A DNA stretch of 64,000 bases from Lama guanicoe (Eukaryota), in contig MU053652.1 of NCBI GenBank assembly GCA_013239625.1, positions 8,405,499-8,469,498 of the forward strand, written 5' to 3'. The notes below the pieces were generated by a model. The model was not told where the DNA came from. It saw nothing but the letters and a program-made list of their open reading frames with translations, and searched no databases. The translations under genes were made by a program, and so were the position numbers. Positions 1-14,059 of this stretch are shown piece after piece (the stretch's first letter is position 1; every line of letters starts with the position of its first letter).

Positions 1-865
1 TAAAGCACTCAGAATGTCAGTGTGTGAATTGAAAGATGCATCACACCATAATTGCATGTTTTCAAGGAATTTTAACATTGTTCATTTTTATTAGTCTGAT
101 TAAGTGCCCCCTAAGAGGTAAAGCAACAATATCTGAATTATCAAAGTAATCATCGCCAGCATATCTTCTAACTCTTTTCCATGAAGAAATGTCAGCTTAT
201 GAATTAGGAGATTTTCAAAAAAAGTGTTGACATTTTCTAATCCCTTTTCTCTATCCTCTTAGAAAAAAATATAACAAATGATGATTTAATAGTGCCTTCT
301 GTCTCTCCAGTATTGTTCTGAATTCCTACAAAAGAGTTAAAATTCTTGGAAGAGTTAGAAAACCAGCTATTCCCCCTTGTGCAGAGGTTAGAACTAGTTG
401 TGGGTTGATTCAACCCATTGTACAAAGCATAATTCAAAAGCAAGACCTTGTGGTAGGTTCTAGGATTTCTTCATGAAAATGCATCAGCATAATAAACACT
501 CTTGTCTCTCTTAGGGAAAAATTTTAAATCAACAATGGTCATGTGTAGAAGACCATTTAGTCCACATTTTCACTTTTGAGATAAATATGAATGCATAAAG
601 ATCCTTTGTATGAAAAAAGTCATCAATCAGTTGATTTTAAAGAAAATATGACTGGGTTGTTGTTTTGATTGTATGAGTAGAGCTGTGAGAGCCTGGGGGT
701 GTGGAATTAAGGTGAAGAAAAACATATCTAAAGAATGCAATAGGAAGATTTTTGTACAGTTTTATCTGAATATTACCAAAATGCCTTTGCATTTAGGTTA
801 ATTGCCAGAGTGCAATTATCTAATTAAAGTCTAGGAAAGTAAAGAGTAAGAGTTAAATTAACTTG

Positions 866-1410
866 AAAAGATATATGTGCCCCTATGTTCACTGCAGCAT
901 TATTTACAGTAGCCAAGATACAGAAGCAACCTAAATGCCCATTAACGAATGAGTGGAGATATATATATATACATATTTACAATGAAATACTACTCAGCTG
1001 TCAAAAAAGAAAGAAACTTGCCATTTATGGCAACACAGATGGAACCTGGAGGTATTATGCTAAGAAATAAGTCAGACAGAGGAAAACAAATACCCTATGA
1101 TCTTGCTCAAATGTGGAATATAAAAAAATTAATGAAATAAATGAAACACAAAGCAAAGCAAAACAAAACCCCACATATATACAAAAAATAAAGCAGTGAT
1201 TATCAGAGAGGAAGAGGCAGAGGTGAAACAAGTAAATGGTGCCACCTGTATGGTGACAGATGGAAACTAAAATTTTGGTGGTGAGCAGGCTGTGGTGTAT
1301 ACAGAAGTCAAACTGTTGTATATGTGAAACATATATAATGATACAATGTTATAAACCAACATTACTGTAGTTAAAGCATTTTTTTCAGCAAAGTAATATA
1401 ATAAAAAAAA
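866..1410 (+). mobile_element. LINE-1 3' end (ORF2 C-terminus, 3'UTR, A-rich tail)
   Basis: Encodes MFTAALFTVAKIQKQPKCP and MKYYSAVKK, the typical L1 ORF2 C-terminal motifs, followed by L1 3'UTR and an A tail. Confidence 0.9.
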
Positions 1411-1411
1411 T

Positions 1412-1630
1412 TAGAGTCAAGAGCATGGTTTTGGAGTAAGAAATATCAGGGCTTGAATATTACCATTTTCTAATTACATTACTTTGGCCCTGTTATTTAA
1501 TTCTTAAATCTCAAGTTTCCCTGCCTGTAAAATGTCATAATAATAGTACTTAACTATTAGGATTATAAGATATAATTCATATATTTAGTTTTCAGGAAGC
1601 ACTCTTAAATAGTCCTTACTATATATCATT
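1412..1630 (+). mobile_element. MIR SINE
   Basis: aagagcatggttttggag...ctcaagtttccctgcctgtaaaatg...ataatagtact resembles the MIR core. Confidence 0.7.
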
Positions 1631-2254
1631 ACTGTTTATAAAATGTTTTTTTGCCTATGTGGATAACTGCTTTTACTCAAGAGAAGAATCAGGGATTCAA
1701 CTCCTTTTTTGAATCCTCTTGATAATTTCTTTTAATCTGCTTATTTTCAAACATTTATCTGGACTTCCTTCCGACAAGGATTTCAATTAGAGTCTAGATA
1801 TTTAAATCAAAGAGAAATTTTTTACAAATAGAGGAAGAAAGAATGTAAAGAAAATAAATACGGGAAAGTCAGCTTGAGCTAAATATCTTATGGTACATTT
1901 AAGATATTTTCCATATTGTCATGTGTCTTTTTATCTTGGTAATATAGACGATCTCATCCTTAATGACATTAATATAATTGTTAAATGCCTGGACTGTTTC
2001 TTAGAATATGCAATACTAAAAGCCCATAGAGTAACGACAAAACATCACTCAGGAAAGCAAGTCTTGTCACAACCCGAGGTGGAGGAGGCGGGTAGGGGAA
2101 GTGTGTTGAGATGGGATGAGGGCAGAGTGGAGGTAAAAGGCCACCATTGTGTTTCAGGTAAAGGATACCTGACCAGCTTGACTGAATATTTCATCTAGAG
2201 AAGGAACATCATAGTCTTTGGAATATTTTCCATATATATATCAATTCTTTTTAT

Positions 2255-3460
2255 CTTTTAAAAATGTTTAATTATGAAATATTCCAAACATATAGAAAAG
2301 TACAAACATGATAGTAACAGCACCAGTGTGTCCATCATCCCATGTAACAATTTGTAATATTTGTTCCATCTATTTTTCCCAAAAGAGATAAACAACTGAA
2401 GCCTCCTAACTCATCACTGCTCCCAGAGGTAGTCACTAGCCTCAGTTTGGTACATGTCATCCCCTCTGCATGATTTCATGGTTTTCCTACATTTTTGTGT
2501 ATGTATGTATATGTGATTTATAATGCTGTGTTTAGAGTGTTTTACAAGTTTTATACAACTATTATTCTGTGGCTGCATTTTTACAACATATTTTTCTTCA
2601 TAGCTGTATAAATATATGTAGATCTAGTTTATTCATTTTAATTTTTCTCCAGCCTTAGGTTTTATTTTAAAGGACACCTTTATTAATTCTCCTAATGATG
2701 GACAATATGTTTTTTCCCTAGTAACAACCTTGCACATGGCTTGTTGTGCACATGGATGAATTTTTCTAGAGAAGATCACTGTCTTTGAAACTGCTCCATT
2801 CTAGAGTATGAACACCTCCAGTGTTACTAGATGTCCCCTAGTTGCTTTCAGTAGTGGTTGCTGCCATTTATACTCCCGATGGCAGTGCATGAAAGTTTCC
2901 ATCTGCCCACATGCTTGTCAATATTTACTGTTCGACATTTCAGTGCTTACTGTTCTCGTAGAAATTTTATCTTGTTACTTTAACATTTCCCTAATGTGTT
3001 ATGAGACTGAACATACTTCCATATATTTACTAGCCCTTGGAATTTCATATTCTTTGAATTATCTGTAAATATATTTTCCCTATTTTTTTACAATTTCTTT
3101 TTAGTGTTTATTTATAAGAATTCTTTACTTTAGGTAATACTCATCCTTCTGACTGGCAGATTCTTGTTTTTTTATTTTTTAAAATTTTTTCATGGTGGAT
3201 TGTTGCTGAGTCAAATTGTCAATTTTAGTATAGTAAAATGTGTTTTTTTTTTCCTTTAGCCTTTGTGTTTTTTGCCCTTTATGGATATACTTTATGCATC
3301 TTATTTAGGAAACAGGTCCCTGCCGGCAGGGTCATAAAGCTATTCTCTCAAGTTTTGCACCAAAGCTCACATACAAAATTAGTTTATAATTGTTTTCTTT
3401 TTTGTCTTTGTCCAATTTTATTACCAAGGTTTGTATTATTTTTATAATGCGAGCTCAGTC
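2255..3460 (-). mobile_element. Old L1 (L1ME-like) 3' region, antisense
   Basis: tttaattatgaaatattccaaacatatagaaaagta start and ccatttatactcccgatggcagtgcatgaaagtttcc are L1M 3' motifs in reverse orientation. Confidence 0.7.
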
Positions 3461-3869
3461 TTTTCCACCATTTCTATTCTCTGAAATCATTTATATTCGA
3501 TACGGGTTGTCTTTCTTCCAAGCCTGGAAAAATACTGACGACATCAACATTTACAATTTCCCCTGAACGTTCTGTTATGAAAATTCTCAAGGAAACAGCA
3601 GATTTGAAAGAATTTTAGTGAACATCCCTGTACCGCCTCCTAGATTCTATCAGGAACGTTTCGCTCTGTTTGCTTACCACCTATCTGTCTGTCTGTACAC
3701 CCCTCTATCCAACTGGTGAGTAAACAGATTATAAATGCTGATTCTGATTTAATGTTATAATTCAACTCAAATTTTTAAAAATTTTGTTAAGAGTGACTTT
3801 CACTTTAGTTTTCAAAGTTACTGTAATAAAGTGCTTAACATGATCCTGTTATTGTGTCTACTCTTTTTT

Positions 3870-4050
3870 GTTTTTACAAATTACTTGATCATAAGCTAGT
3901 TTGCAAAGCAAGTCTCAATAAATTCAATTCTAGACAGTGTTTTCTGACCACAAGGCAATAAAATCATAGCTAATAGCAAAAAAAAAAGTTCAAAATTACC
4001 CCGCAAGTTTAGAAATTTAAAAAACTGTTCTAATAAATTTTAATATAATG
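3870..4050 (+). mobile_element. L1 ORF2 endonuclease-end fragment
   Basis: aaagcaagtctcaataaattc...ttttctgaccacaaggcaataaaa contains the FSDH motif of the L1 endonuclease. Confidence 0.6.
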
Positions 4051-5325
4051 TTGTATTATATGTTGTAGCGTATGGTATATATGCTCTGTTACTTGCCTGA
4101 AACATCTTCATGCTCTCAGCATGTACTGCTACCAACTGATTTGTGATTATATTCAACATTCATTTTCTTTTGTACTCCATTTGTTCCGATCTCATTGTAT
4201 GCACTTTAATGAGATTCCACAGTTTTATTCTTAACAGTCGAGTGCTGGTTTTGTGTTACTCATGTTATCATCAGCAGAACAAATACTTTTCAACTGGGCT
4301 ACTCATCCTGTTTAATTCCATACAGTGTTCAACAGACTCACCATAATCAGTACATGCCTCCCTCCGCTTGTTTCAACGTGGCTAAAAACTGTCATTCCAT
4401 CTGTTCTTGCTGGGAGATGGCATGTGCCACCGATTTTTCTCACTCAGATTTTTGTTTGTGTTCGATTACCTCTTCTCTTTCTAACTCCAGAAAGGGGTCA
4501 ACTTGAAGAACATTTGCTGGACGCAAAGAATGACGGTTGTGCATGGCCATTACTGGAGCTGGTATCTCAAAGGAATATATTCCTCTTACAAATCTTGGAA
4601 GAATAGATTCCTTTTATAGGTAGACAGATTTTCCTCCTAATGTTCAGAATCAGCTACAGGAGGACTTCTGGACTGAGAACACTGCTCTTACGCTTCCTTC
4701 ATTTGGTTATAATAACAAGACACTAGATTCAAAGCTGTATTTGGACTTGACTTTAATAAAAACAGTAGCTCACATTTATTGAGTGTTTATCATGCAGCAG
4801 GCATGGTCCTAGGGGATATACACGTACTTACATATTTCGAGTGTGGATACTTTATTTCACAGTATTCATAATAACACTTTTAACCTTCTTCCTACAGTTA
4901 GATGTACTTAATGTTTGTTTCACAAGTTAAGATTGCTGCAGTTATTAGATTAACATAATTTCAGTTATTATTTGCATAGGCTTTGGAAAAATATGCGAAG
5001 TCAGTGAAATATAATTTATTATTTAGCCTTAAATACACTTAAAGTCTGGCCATTTACTATGGAAGATTGTAAGTGATCTTCACAATTTTTAAAAATCATT
5101 TTCCATCTCCATCTATTTGGTGCCATTTACTAAAGCTGTACTCACTGCCTTTGCATGCTTATTTAATGGTTTTTGTTCATGTTCAAAGAGATGAGGGAAA
5201 GTACATACAGAGCCCTCATACAGTCTGTGGAGGCAGGACCTGGCTTTAATGTGTTATTCTGAAAGCTGAGCTCTCCAATAGAGGACTGTTTTCTAATGCT
5301 GGTAACTATCTCCTTGTCCTTCCGG

Positions 5326-5377
5326 GGTTTTTTGTTGTTTTTTGTTTGTTTGTTTGTTTTTGTCTTTGTTTTTTTTA
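5326..5377. repeat. (TTTG)n / T-rich simple repeat
   Basis: Directly visible. Confidence 0.85.
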
Positions 5378-5769
5378 AACTGTGTTGTATCTATTGATAG
5401 AGCCAAGAGATCCAGGGTTTTAGCTCTCTTTTGAGTCAGATTCTTTAGGCTTGCCCTTCATCTTCTGTGTTCTGGCGAAAAGTCCTTCTTTCTGATCACT
5501 AGGTAGGGAAGTATTTGCCCTTAGCCAGGATCTGCCCCAACTTCCAGTCCCATAAAGAACAGTGAAGAGGACAGGGGCACCTCCACCAACCACTCCTACA
5601 GAGAAGAAGTCAAGCAAACAAATGAAACATGCAGCCTTTAACATGCATTAGAATGTCTTGTTCTAGGAGAGTCTGCTTTCTGTTACACATTTGCTTCCTA
5701 ATTCATCTTTGAATGTCTTTCCTTCTCCCTTCAATATAAATCAGAGTTTGATATATAAATATCAAAATA

Positions 5770-5968
5770 CTGATATTTTGGCCCAGCTGAGGTTTTTTCT
5801 GTGTGTTTTTTGTTTTTTGTTTTTACGTCAGGAGCTGTCCTGTGCATTCGTACCTCTGCTGTCAAGATGCCAGTCGCAAACGCCCTCCATTTGCGGCAAC
5901 CAAAAATATCTCCAGACTGTGTCAAATGCCCCTAAGGGGGCAAAATTGCCCTCAGTTGAGAACCACAG
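5770..5968. mobile_element. MER20-like hAT-Charlie DNA transposon
   Basis: caaccaaaaatatctccagactgtgtcaaatgcccctaagggggcaaaattgccctcagttgagaaccac matches the MER20 end. Confidence 0.8.
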
Positions 5969-6899
5969 TTATATATTCTATTTAATTATATATATATTTA
6001 ATTGTAATTATATATAATAATATAATTTACAGAAGATAAATAATGACAGAAAACAGGGTGGCTATTATAACAAAATATGTTTTGAAATTTTATATTTAAA
6101 GCAAGTAAAGTACTTTTTTAAATTGGTCAGATTGACAACAATATTAACAAATTTATGTTGCATTACAGCCACCAGGACGTAACAGCTGGCTATTAGGCAT
6201 TTGCATGACAGCAACTGAGAGGCACCACTCACTCTTTCCTTCAGCCAGTTTGGAATAATTACTCTAGAAATTGTGCAGAGGATGGAGATCGCAGACACGA
6301 AATCAAAATCAAACAGTCCCTTTCTTCAAGTAACACGTTGTTGGCAAAGAGTTTTTCTAAAGCTATAATCTTCAAAACGTTAAGGAATAGAAACATAGTA
6401 TTAAGTAGATATTGAATAAAAGTTTAACTTCACAGGTGTCAATAAAAAGTAAAATTTCACTAATTTTATTCAGCAGAAGAGTGTTACAAGTTCTCAAAAA
6501 TTATTTCGTAAATCTTTTTATTTGCATTGCCTGATGTTATTCAAACTAAAGTAATAAAAGTTCAACACCAAAACTTTAGGGGATCTGTTTTCATGACTGG
6601 ACAAACATGATTTGAAAGTGACCTGTCATTTGTTCATATTCATATAGGTTTCTTTTATGTATGCATTCTCTTCATACATATTCAAAATAGAACATGATAA
6701 TACACATATTTCACTCATTTTAATGAATGTAGAAAATGTCTTTGTAAGACTATATTGTGGAGTATTTGTATTTCCTCCACTGATCTACACTGAGAACATT
6801 AGCAGTGTTTCCTTACTACAAATGATGCTGCGGTGAATTTTCTGCCCAACAACTCTGAGTCTACTCATAGGGTCTGCACAATCTGCTTCCCCCTAAGAC

Positions 6900-7235
6900 A
6901 GACCATACCACCAATAGCCATGAAGGCTGGCCAGATAGAAGCTGTCCTGAGGGGTGTGTGGAAAGAGCTTGGATGTACAAGCTAAGGCCCTGGTGTCCGC
7001 ACACATGTGTGCATGAGACCTTTGGGGATGGAAGAGAACAGGATTGGGCAAAGGCTCATGAGCTGGAGTCAGAGGCTTGCTTTTCCTGCACCATCACATT
7101 CTCTCACAGAACTTCAGGGATCCAAGAATTATAAATTCATACTCGCCCTTCAGGTCATTATAAAGGTGTATATGCCAAGATAAAAATATAAAACATTTTT
7201 CACTTTATTGTTTGACTCAAATGTAAATAGTGCCA
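6900..7235. mobile_element. Probable hAT-Tip100 (Arthur1-like) DNA transposon fragment
   Basis: ccaagaattataaattcatactcgcccttcaggtcattataaaggtgtatatgccaag resembles the remembered consensus. Confidence 0.4.
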
Positions 7236-8077
7236 AGGTTGTGAATCTTTGCCCCAGATGACACAGGGACATGTAGCACCCACTGTGACACAAATATACA
7301 TACATATAAGTGTATGCATATGTTTGTATGTGTATGAATGTATTGTAATCAGTGCTTCACTTTATCTGAGATTCTCAGAGCAATTTACCAACGTTATCTT
7401 GTTAATCTTGATTCAATGTTCTAGAAAAAGGTGTCAGCTTGATTAGGCTTGTTTTATTACTTCAGAGACAGATTAAGTGCTTTACCCGTGTTCATTATAA
7501 AAGAAAAAGTATTGAAAACGTACTTCATGAAGTTCTCTGTTTCAACTATTATGTGATGGTTGACCATCTCTTCCTTTCTTCTGCTTATAAAAGTTGGATG
7601 ACTTTTCTTTTAAGGCAAAAACATTCTTCCTACTTTTCAACATACTATTGAATTCTAAGTACTTAATTCTCAGCATAGAAATGAATCTAGTTTTAATACA
7701 CATTTAAAATTTTATTTGGGTGGGTAGAAATACTGTCATGCTTTAAGGAAAGTAATTATTTAAAAAATTATAATGGTTTAGTGATTTAGAATCCTCCAAA
7801 AAAAACCTAACATTGTAAAGGAATTTACTAAACTAATCATGATAAAACAATGTCATTAAGTTTTAGATTTCATTAGATTTTATTTCTGAGCTTAATGTTT
7901 GAAAATAAAACATTTTTCAGTAATTCTGAAAGATTACTATGAAAGTATTGATGATCCTTAAGGAATCATAAATCTGGATGTGGCTATAAAAGAATATTTC
8001 ATACTGAGGTTATTAGTTGTAAGGGCAAGTTTATTATCCTTGCTCTCATAGCTGGTGAGTAGGGTTATACTTGAGAA

Positions 8078-8480
8078 TGTATCACAGTTAATTATGTGTC
8101 ATCTTGGCTGGGCCATGGTGTCCAGATACATGGACAAATATTTTTCCAGATATTTCTATGAGAATTTTTTGTATGAGTTTAACATACAAATAATACCTAA
8201 AGCAGATTGCCCTCCATTATGTGGGTGGGCCTTGTCCAATCAGGTAAAGTCCCAAATAGAACAAAAGATTGACTTCCTCTGAGCAAGAAGGAATTCTACA
8301 GCAGATGACCTGTGTACTTGAACTGCAGAATTGACTATTCTCTGGATCAACCTACCCTGCAGATTTTTGGACTTGCCAACCTCAATAATCACATGAGTTA
8401 ATTCCTTAAAATAAATTTCTTTCTAAGTATATATACACATCATATTAGTTCTGTTTCTCTGAAAAACCCTAAGTGATACA
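8078..8480 (+). mobile_element. MLT2 (ERVL) solo LTR
   Basis: tgt...gttaattatgtgtcatcttggctgggccatgg...aaagcagattgccctccatt...ttctgtttctctgaaaaaccctaagtgataca, with TG...CA termini. Confidence 0.85.
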
Positions 8481-8689
8481 GTATATAAAGAAACAACTTA
8501 TGATATCTCAACAATATGCAGAAAGAGGGATAACCATATACTTTGATTTAAGCAGAGTTATACACAATGTTGAGTAGCCAGTTGTGTTTTCACTTACTCG
8601 ACTATTTTTTACATATTTTGTTTTTAAATCTCTACTTTCAGATCCCATCTATATGCTGTGAGTATCACAAACATGCTGAGATAAATACT

Positions 8690-9060
8690 AACTATCCAGT
8701 TCTCCTTCTTTCCTGGACATACGGGAAACTAAACTCCCTAGAAGTTCTTGCAGTTAAGCAGGCCAAAGTGACTAGTCTTGGCCAAAGAAATGTCAATGGA
8801 AATGACCACGTCACTTCCAGGGTGAGGGAGTAAAAACCTCCCGGGGCAATTTTCCAGTCTCTCCCTTCATCTCTGGCAGCAAACCCTGAAACTTCATGTT
8901 GAAATGTCAATGCCTCTCTTAACCAGAGTTTTTGGGCAACTCTGGAGCAAAGCCTGCCTCTGTCTGGCCTTGAACATGTGTAGCACGATACAGAAATGAA
9001 CCTTGACTGTATTAAACCACTAGGATTCATGGCTAATGTTTTACCATATCCTAATATACA
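8690..9060 (+). mobile_element. MLT1 (MaLR) LTR
   Basis: ttgcagttaagcaggccaaagtgactagtcttggccaaagaaatgt...ttaaaccactaggatt...cctaatataca. Confidence 0.75.
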
Positions 9061-11861
9061 TGGCAATGCATCCTTGCTGGCACAACATAACTGCTGGAAG
9101 GAAAGCTGATTGCAATTATATCCTTATGAAACACGATGGGACTCTCTGAAAAACTAAAAAGTTGAATACAGAATTAATATAATAAAAACTGAATATGAGA
9201 AAGTTCTAATATTAACACTATCACTGTTATTTGTTACTTTGACTGAATTCAGATTTGTGAACCACTTTATGTGTATAGACACAACTCCTCTGTCTCACAC
9301 TTTTCTCTGAAATTACTGTCCAAATAATTTTAATTCCCTGGGCCACTGTTTCTTTACCACAATGCTATAAAAATTAGAACATTGACTAGTTTTTGAACTT
9401 GATCTTGTAAGTGTCTCAGAGGAAAACACTTAACAAAAAACAGCACAGCTTTTATTTGAGGCTGACCTTCCAGGGCACATACAAATAAAGAAATGGCGAT
9501 TACATAATTTTAGATGCCTAAATGTATCACAGGATGATACAAATTGACATGACGTATCTGACTTTGCTCTTTCTTCTACTTCCTCTCCTTCTGGAAATGA
9601 TGAAACACAAACATAATATTTATAATATTTCTCTCGCTCCTAAGCTAGCCTGCCCACCTACATGGGAGGAAGATTTACTTCTCAGGGGGAAAAAAAACAC
9701 TTTAAAGCTCAAACTTAACCTAGCAACAAAAGGTCTTAGTCATTTGTACTGCCAGAATAAACTCCGTTTCTAAATCTAAAAGTAACGAGAAAGGTGCTGG
9801 ATTTGCTTTCATCTCTGGACACAAGACCTGGATCTAAAAATTACTCTCTTTGTGATGCTGAGATAGTCATTTAATCTCCCTTACCTGCAGTCTCCTCAAT
9901 CCAAAAATGTATAAATACGTAGCTTATATGTTTTCATCTGGCATTTAATAATTACTTAAAATTATATGCTGATTGAATAAATACAAAAATGGATGGGTGG
10001 GTGGTAGTTATGAAATTAGGCTGAAATAATGTTTGTATAAAAGATTTCCTAAATGATTAAGTACTGTAGAGACTATCAGTAAATAACATGTTTTGAAAAC
10101 AGTATTTTTAATATTAATGTTTGTTAGATGTGAGTCTAAAAACTGATGGGTTAACAACATAAAAGAATTCTTACGCATCCTATAAGCATTTAGTGAACTT
10201 AACTTAGAAGTTGGAGACTTCTATTCTGCAGCAACCTCAGCGAAAGGGGACTCCCATGCTCTACCCCCCACCTACCACTGGAGGTGAACGTTCGCAACAT
10301 GTTTGAACTTTGCAATGGAGCTGGAGTGTCTGTACTAAGAAGATAGTTTGCTGTTTGGGGGGACCAGAGAAAGGATGTGTATAAATCTCAGCCTTCTACA
10401 CTCATCTCTCAGAGAAGCTAGACTACCTCGAAAATACCCATCCCCACAGGGCTCAGGGAGATTGTTCTCCCTGACAATGAACACATGTGAAAGACTTTGG
10501 ACCTTGAAGATGTGCAGGGATCAGGTTTAATCTGCAGTAGAATTTAGGACCTTGAAATCATTGAAACCTCCAAAAGGTGAAGCAATAGCTTCAAACCAGA
10601 TCTTCAAAGAAAGTCCCTCATTGAGTTTAAGCTGAAGTACTTCAAAACAATTACGGACTCTGACAGCTCTGAGTTCTGCAAAAGACCAGCTTGCCTCTGA
10701 TCCTGCTTTGCTATTGATCTAGAGGAAACTGCTTAGTTTTAGGGGGCATCAACGTTTGTCTTTGTCATAAACAAGAATCTCTGGTATCTTTCTCCCTCCA
10801 AGACCCACCTTAGAGCCTCCCTCTATTCTTCCCAGAATTCTGAAAGTATTTCATCACGAGAAATGTTGACTTTAACTCAGGAGCTTTACTGAAAACTTTA
10901 GAAGTTTAGGCAATTTCCTAGTTATCTGTGAAATTGATCTTCGATTGACAGTTAAAGCTATTAAATTGTGCTATTATCATTTTTAAGAGAGTAGGACTGC
11001 CTAATTAGGCAGTGACTAGAGATTACAATTGTACATCTTTTTGTTCTTTGTATTATTCTAAACTCCAGTCCTTTCCTCGCACCACTGCCATATCACCACC
11101 ACAAACAAACTCTCTTTTCTTCGGTATAATCATGTTCTACTGGGGATGATCTGAAGATAAACAGTAATAAAATGTCTCAAAAAAAGAAAATTCAATTATT
11201 GATATATTTAACATTTTTGGAAATCTTTCATTTAGGTTTTAAGAATTTCAAGGAGCTCGGTTCATAATGGATACCTACAAATGTGCATGGTCTGCCCTAA
11301 GTCCATAGATGTTTTCCAAAAATAACTTTCCTTACAGTCACTATGTTAAGTCAGAATCGGTTAACATGAGGGCAAAAAGTTCCCCTTGGTTTGCTGCTTT
11401 CTTTGCTGTGGTCCCTAATGTTTGCTTTCAGGGGTCTCAATGAGTCCTGCCTGATTTATTCTAAGCATGTAAGAAAGAGAGCACCAACCCAGCTTGCTCA
11501 GTGTCTATTTCAATCTCTCTCCAACTATCAGTCGGAATACTCTTCTGTACGACACCCAATAATGTTCCTGAAAGAAAATAAAACAGAATCAATCATTCAC
11601 ACCAGAAACTGTCAAACTCCTTGTAATAAGATAGCTACACAAATTATGCAATGTAATCCATGGTTTTATTGTTATTTTCATTAAAATTGAATAGATGAAG
11701 AAGTAATAGAAACTAATTGCTACATGCAAATAAATTTTTTCCTAAACTCAGCCTGTCCCTGTCCTTAATCGAAAAAAAATCCTTCTAACCTCATCAATTC
11801 TATGAGGCAGCTGACAGGGACATCAGAGACTTTCACAACCACCATAGACATTCACGTTTGG

Positions 11862-12420
11862 ATGTCAAAGCAAAAATTCCGCCAAAGTTAAACAAGTAAG
11901 AAAGATTCTATTCAAAGCTATTGAAACACAGGAGCAAGGCCAGAGCTGGGTTTGAATTCATCACCACTAAAACAGAAAGCAGGAGAGTTTTAAAGCGCTG
12001 GGGTGGGCTTATGGGGAGAGTGTTGGAGGTTATCATGGGGGAAGGTTGGTTAAGGCGATGTCTGGAGCCGTTGAGTTATTCCTGAGCTTGCAAATGCTTT
12101 TCTCGGTGATTATCCCATCCGTGTTTGCTAACCCGTAACAGTTTAGAAGTTAGGCTCTTATTCTCCCACATGGACTCTATCTCCATGATGATTACATTTC
12201 AAAGGGATGACTCCCAGGTCCTGCAGAAAGACATCCCTGGGTTGTAAAGCTGGCACTGAAGCTCCTAAAAGGTTTATATCTCAAAGGGGCACAGAAAGAA
12301 TTTACATGCTTTCTAAAGGAAATCCTCTGAGCACAAAGGAGGTCAGAAGCCTGGAGTTAGGAAAGAGCATTGTCTAAAGTCACGCCAGGTTAGGGTTATG
12401 TGAAGGCCATGTTAGATCCT
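11862..12420 (-). mobile_element. ERV1-type solo LTR (MER31/MER67-like)
   Basis: tgtcaaagcaaaaatt...gaaagacatccctgggttgtaaagctggc...tctcaaaggggcacagaaagaatttaca resembles MER31/MER67 LTRs; subfamily and orientation are uncertain. Confidence 0.6.
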
Positions 12421-13469
12421 GCTGAACCACAGTGTCTCCACAGTATGAGTTTTGACAAAACAAAATTTGGTGTAAAAGATGGATTTGTCTTAATTCCATA
12501 CAAGAAGGTTTGGCTAAAGAATGACTTCACTGGGAGCAGTTTTTCCTCTAAGTCAGATCTCTACCCAAATACATGTTGAAAACCATGTGACATCAGCATG
12601 GTTTCCCAGAGTCTTCCTGACTAATATGATTAAAGCACAAAACTCATTTTCAAGTGAAATCAAGTCATCGTATGGTTCAAGTGACCTGAAGAAAGAGTAG
12701 TTCGTTTCTGGGCACTTGCTTTATGCTCAGACATAGAGGCGGCATTGTTAGACCCTGTTTTTCTTTTTAGTGATATGCAGTGATGAAGTTGTTCCACATC
12801 CCACACAACAAACTTTCTCATCAAAAATTAAGGACTTCCATCTTCATTCCCAACTTAAACCCTCCCTTGCTCCTACCCACAGCATTTTTGGGTTTTTGTT
12901 TTTGTTTTTGTTTTGAAGTTGAGAAGTTTATTTAACATCTTACTTTTTAAGCAAGATTTGAGTGATGTTTCTTTAGGCACCCAGAAGCCAGAAAGCATCC
13001 CATAAATAGAAATTAACTGCATTTGGAACCAGGCTGTAGGCTGGTTAATGGAAACTGAATAGAAATCAACTCTCATCCCTGCATTCGGAACACCTGTCCC
13101 AACAAATATAAGAACGGTGGCTTAAAGAGTAATATTCTGTGTATAAATCTCTCTGTGTATTCTTAATCATACTTATCATCATACAAGCAAAGTATAAGTT
13201 AGAAAGAAGCTCACTTCCCAATCGTCGGAGCTTGATTTTGTAACACTCACAGACAAGGATGCTGCTTGGATTAATCGCCCAAACCCGCACAAATTGTGCC
13301 CCGTAGCAGTTTTGCTACTACCAGCAGCCGTCAAAAATTACCCAGCCTCACAGCTAGAATATTGCCCTAATTGCTATTTCTCTATGAATTGCTCAAAGCC
13401 AAGGGCTCCCAGTACCGCATTTTTTCTAAAGGGTACGGTTTCTTAGAATTCCTATGTGTTTTCTTTTGT

Positions 13470-13781
13470 CTTTTCCCATCTTTATTAGGATACGATTGGC
13501 TTATAACATTGTGTAAGTTTAAGGTATACAAGGTGTTGGTAATCATCTGGTAAATGATTACCAAAACAAGATTAGTGAACACCTTCATCACCTCATGTAG
13601 CTACCTTTTGTGGGTGTGTGGTGAGAACATTTAAGGTCTCTTCTCTCAACCTCTGAGTATACAATACAGTATTGTTAACAGCAGTCATCATACTGCACCT
13701 TAGAGCGCTGGAATTTATTTCTGTTACAACTGAAAATTTGTACCCTTTGACCGACATCTCGCCGTTTTCCCCACACCCCAT
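13470..13781 (-). mobile_element. L1 (L1MA/MB-like) 3'UTR, antisense
   Basis: ataacattgtgtaagtttaaggtataca...gtgagaacatttaaggtct...aactgaaaatttgtaccctttgacc. Confidence 0.85.
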
Positions 13782-13932
13782 GGGTTTCCTTGAGAGGAAA
13801 TCCTATTCGTTTGGCGCATGTTTGGCTACTCAGTTGAGTTAGGTGAACACAGACTGCAACTTTTTAAAACCTCTGACTGCCCACGTTTACTCTTAACTCA
13901 AGTCTTAACATTTCCAGAATAGCTAGGATAAT

Positions 13933-14059
13933 GGGGGAAGAGTATAGCTCTGCTAGAGTCCATGCCTAGCATGCACGAAGTCCTGGGTTCAATCCCCAGT
14001 ACTTCCATTAAAATAAATAAATAAACTTAATTACCTCCCCCCAAGTTTTTCTTTTTAAA
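13933..14059 (+). mobile_element. tRNA-derived SINE, camelid Vic-1-like
   Basis: ggggaagagtatagctc (A box)...gggttcaatcccc (B box)...aaataaataaataaacttaattacctcccc; GATAATGG target-site duplication at 13927-13934 and 14060-14067. Confidence 0.85.

Noticed and set aside
10274..10292. CTCF-like motif (ccactggaggtga)
   Set aside because: Several core mismatches; expected by chance.
13933..14010. tRNA gene
   Set aside because: A/B boxes are present, but the AT-rich tail, the TSD and a second copy at 50570 identify it as a SINE.
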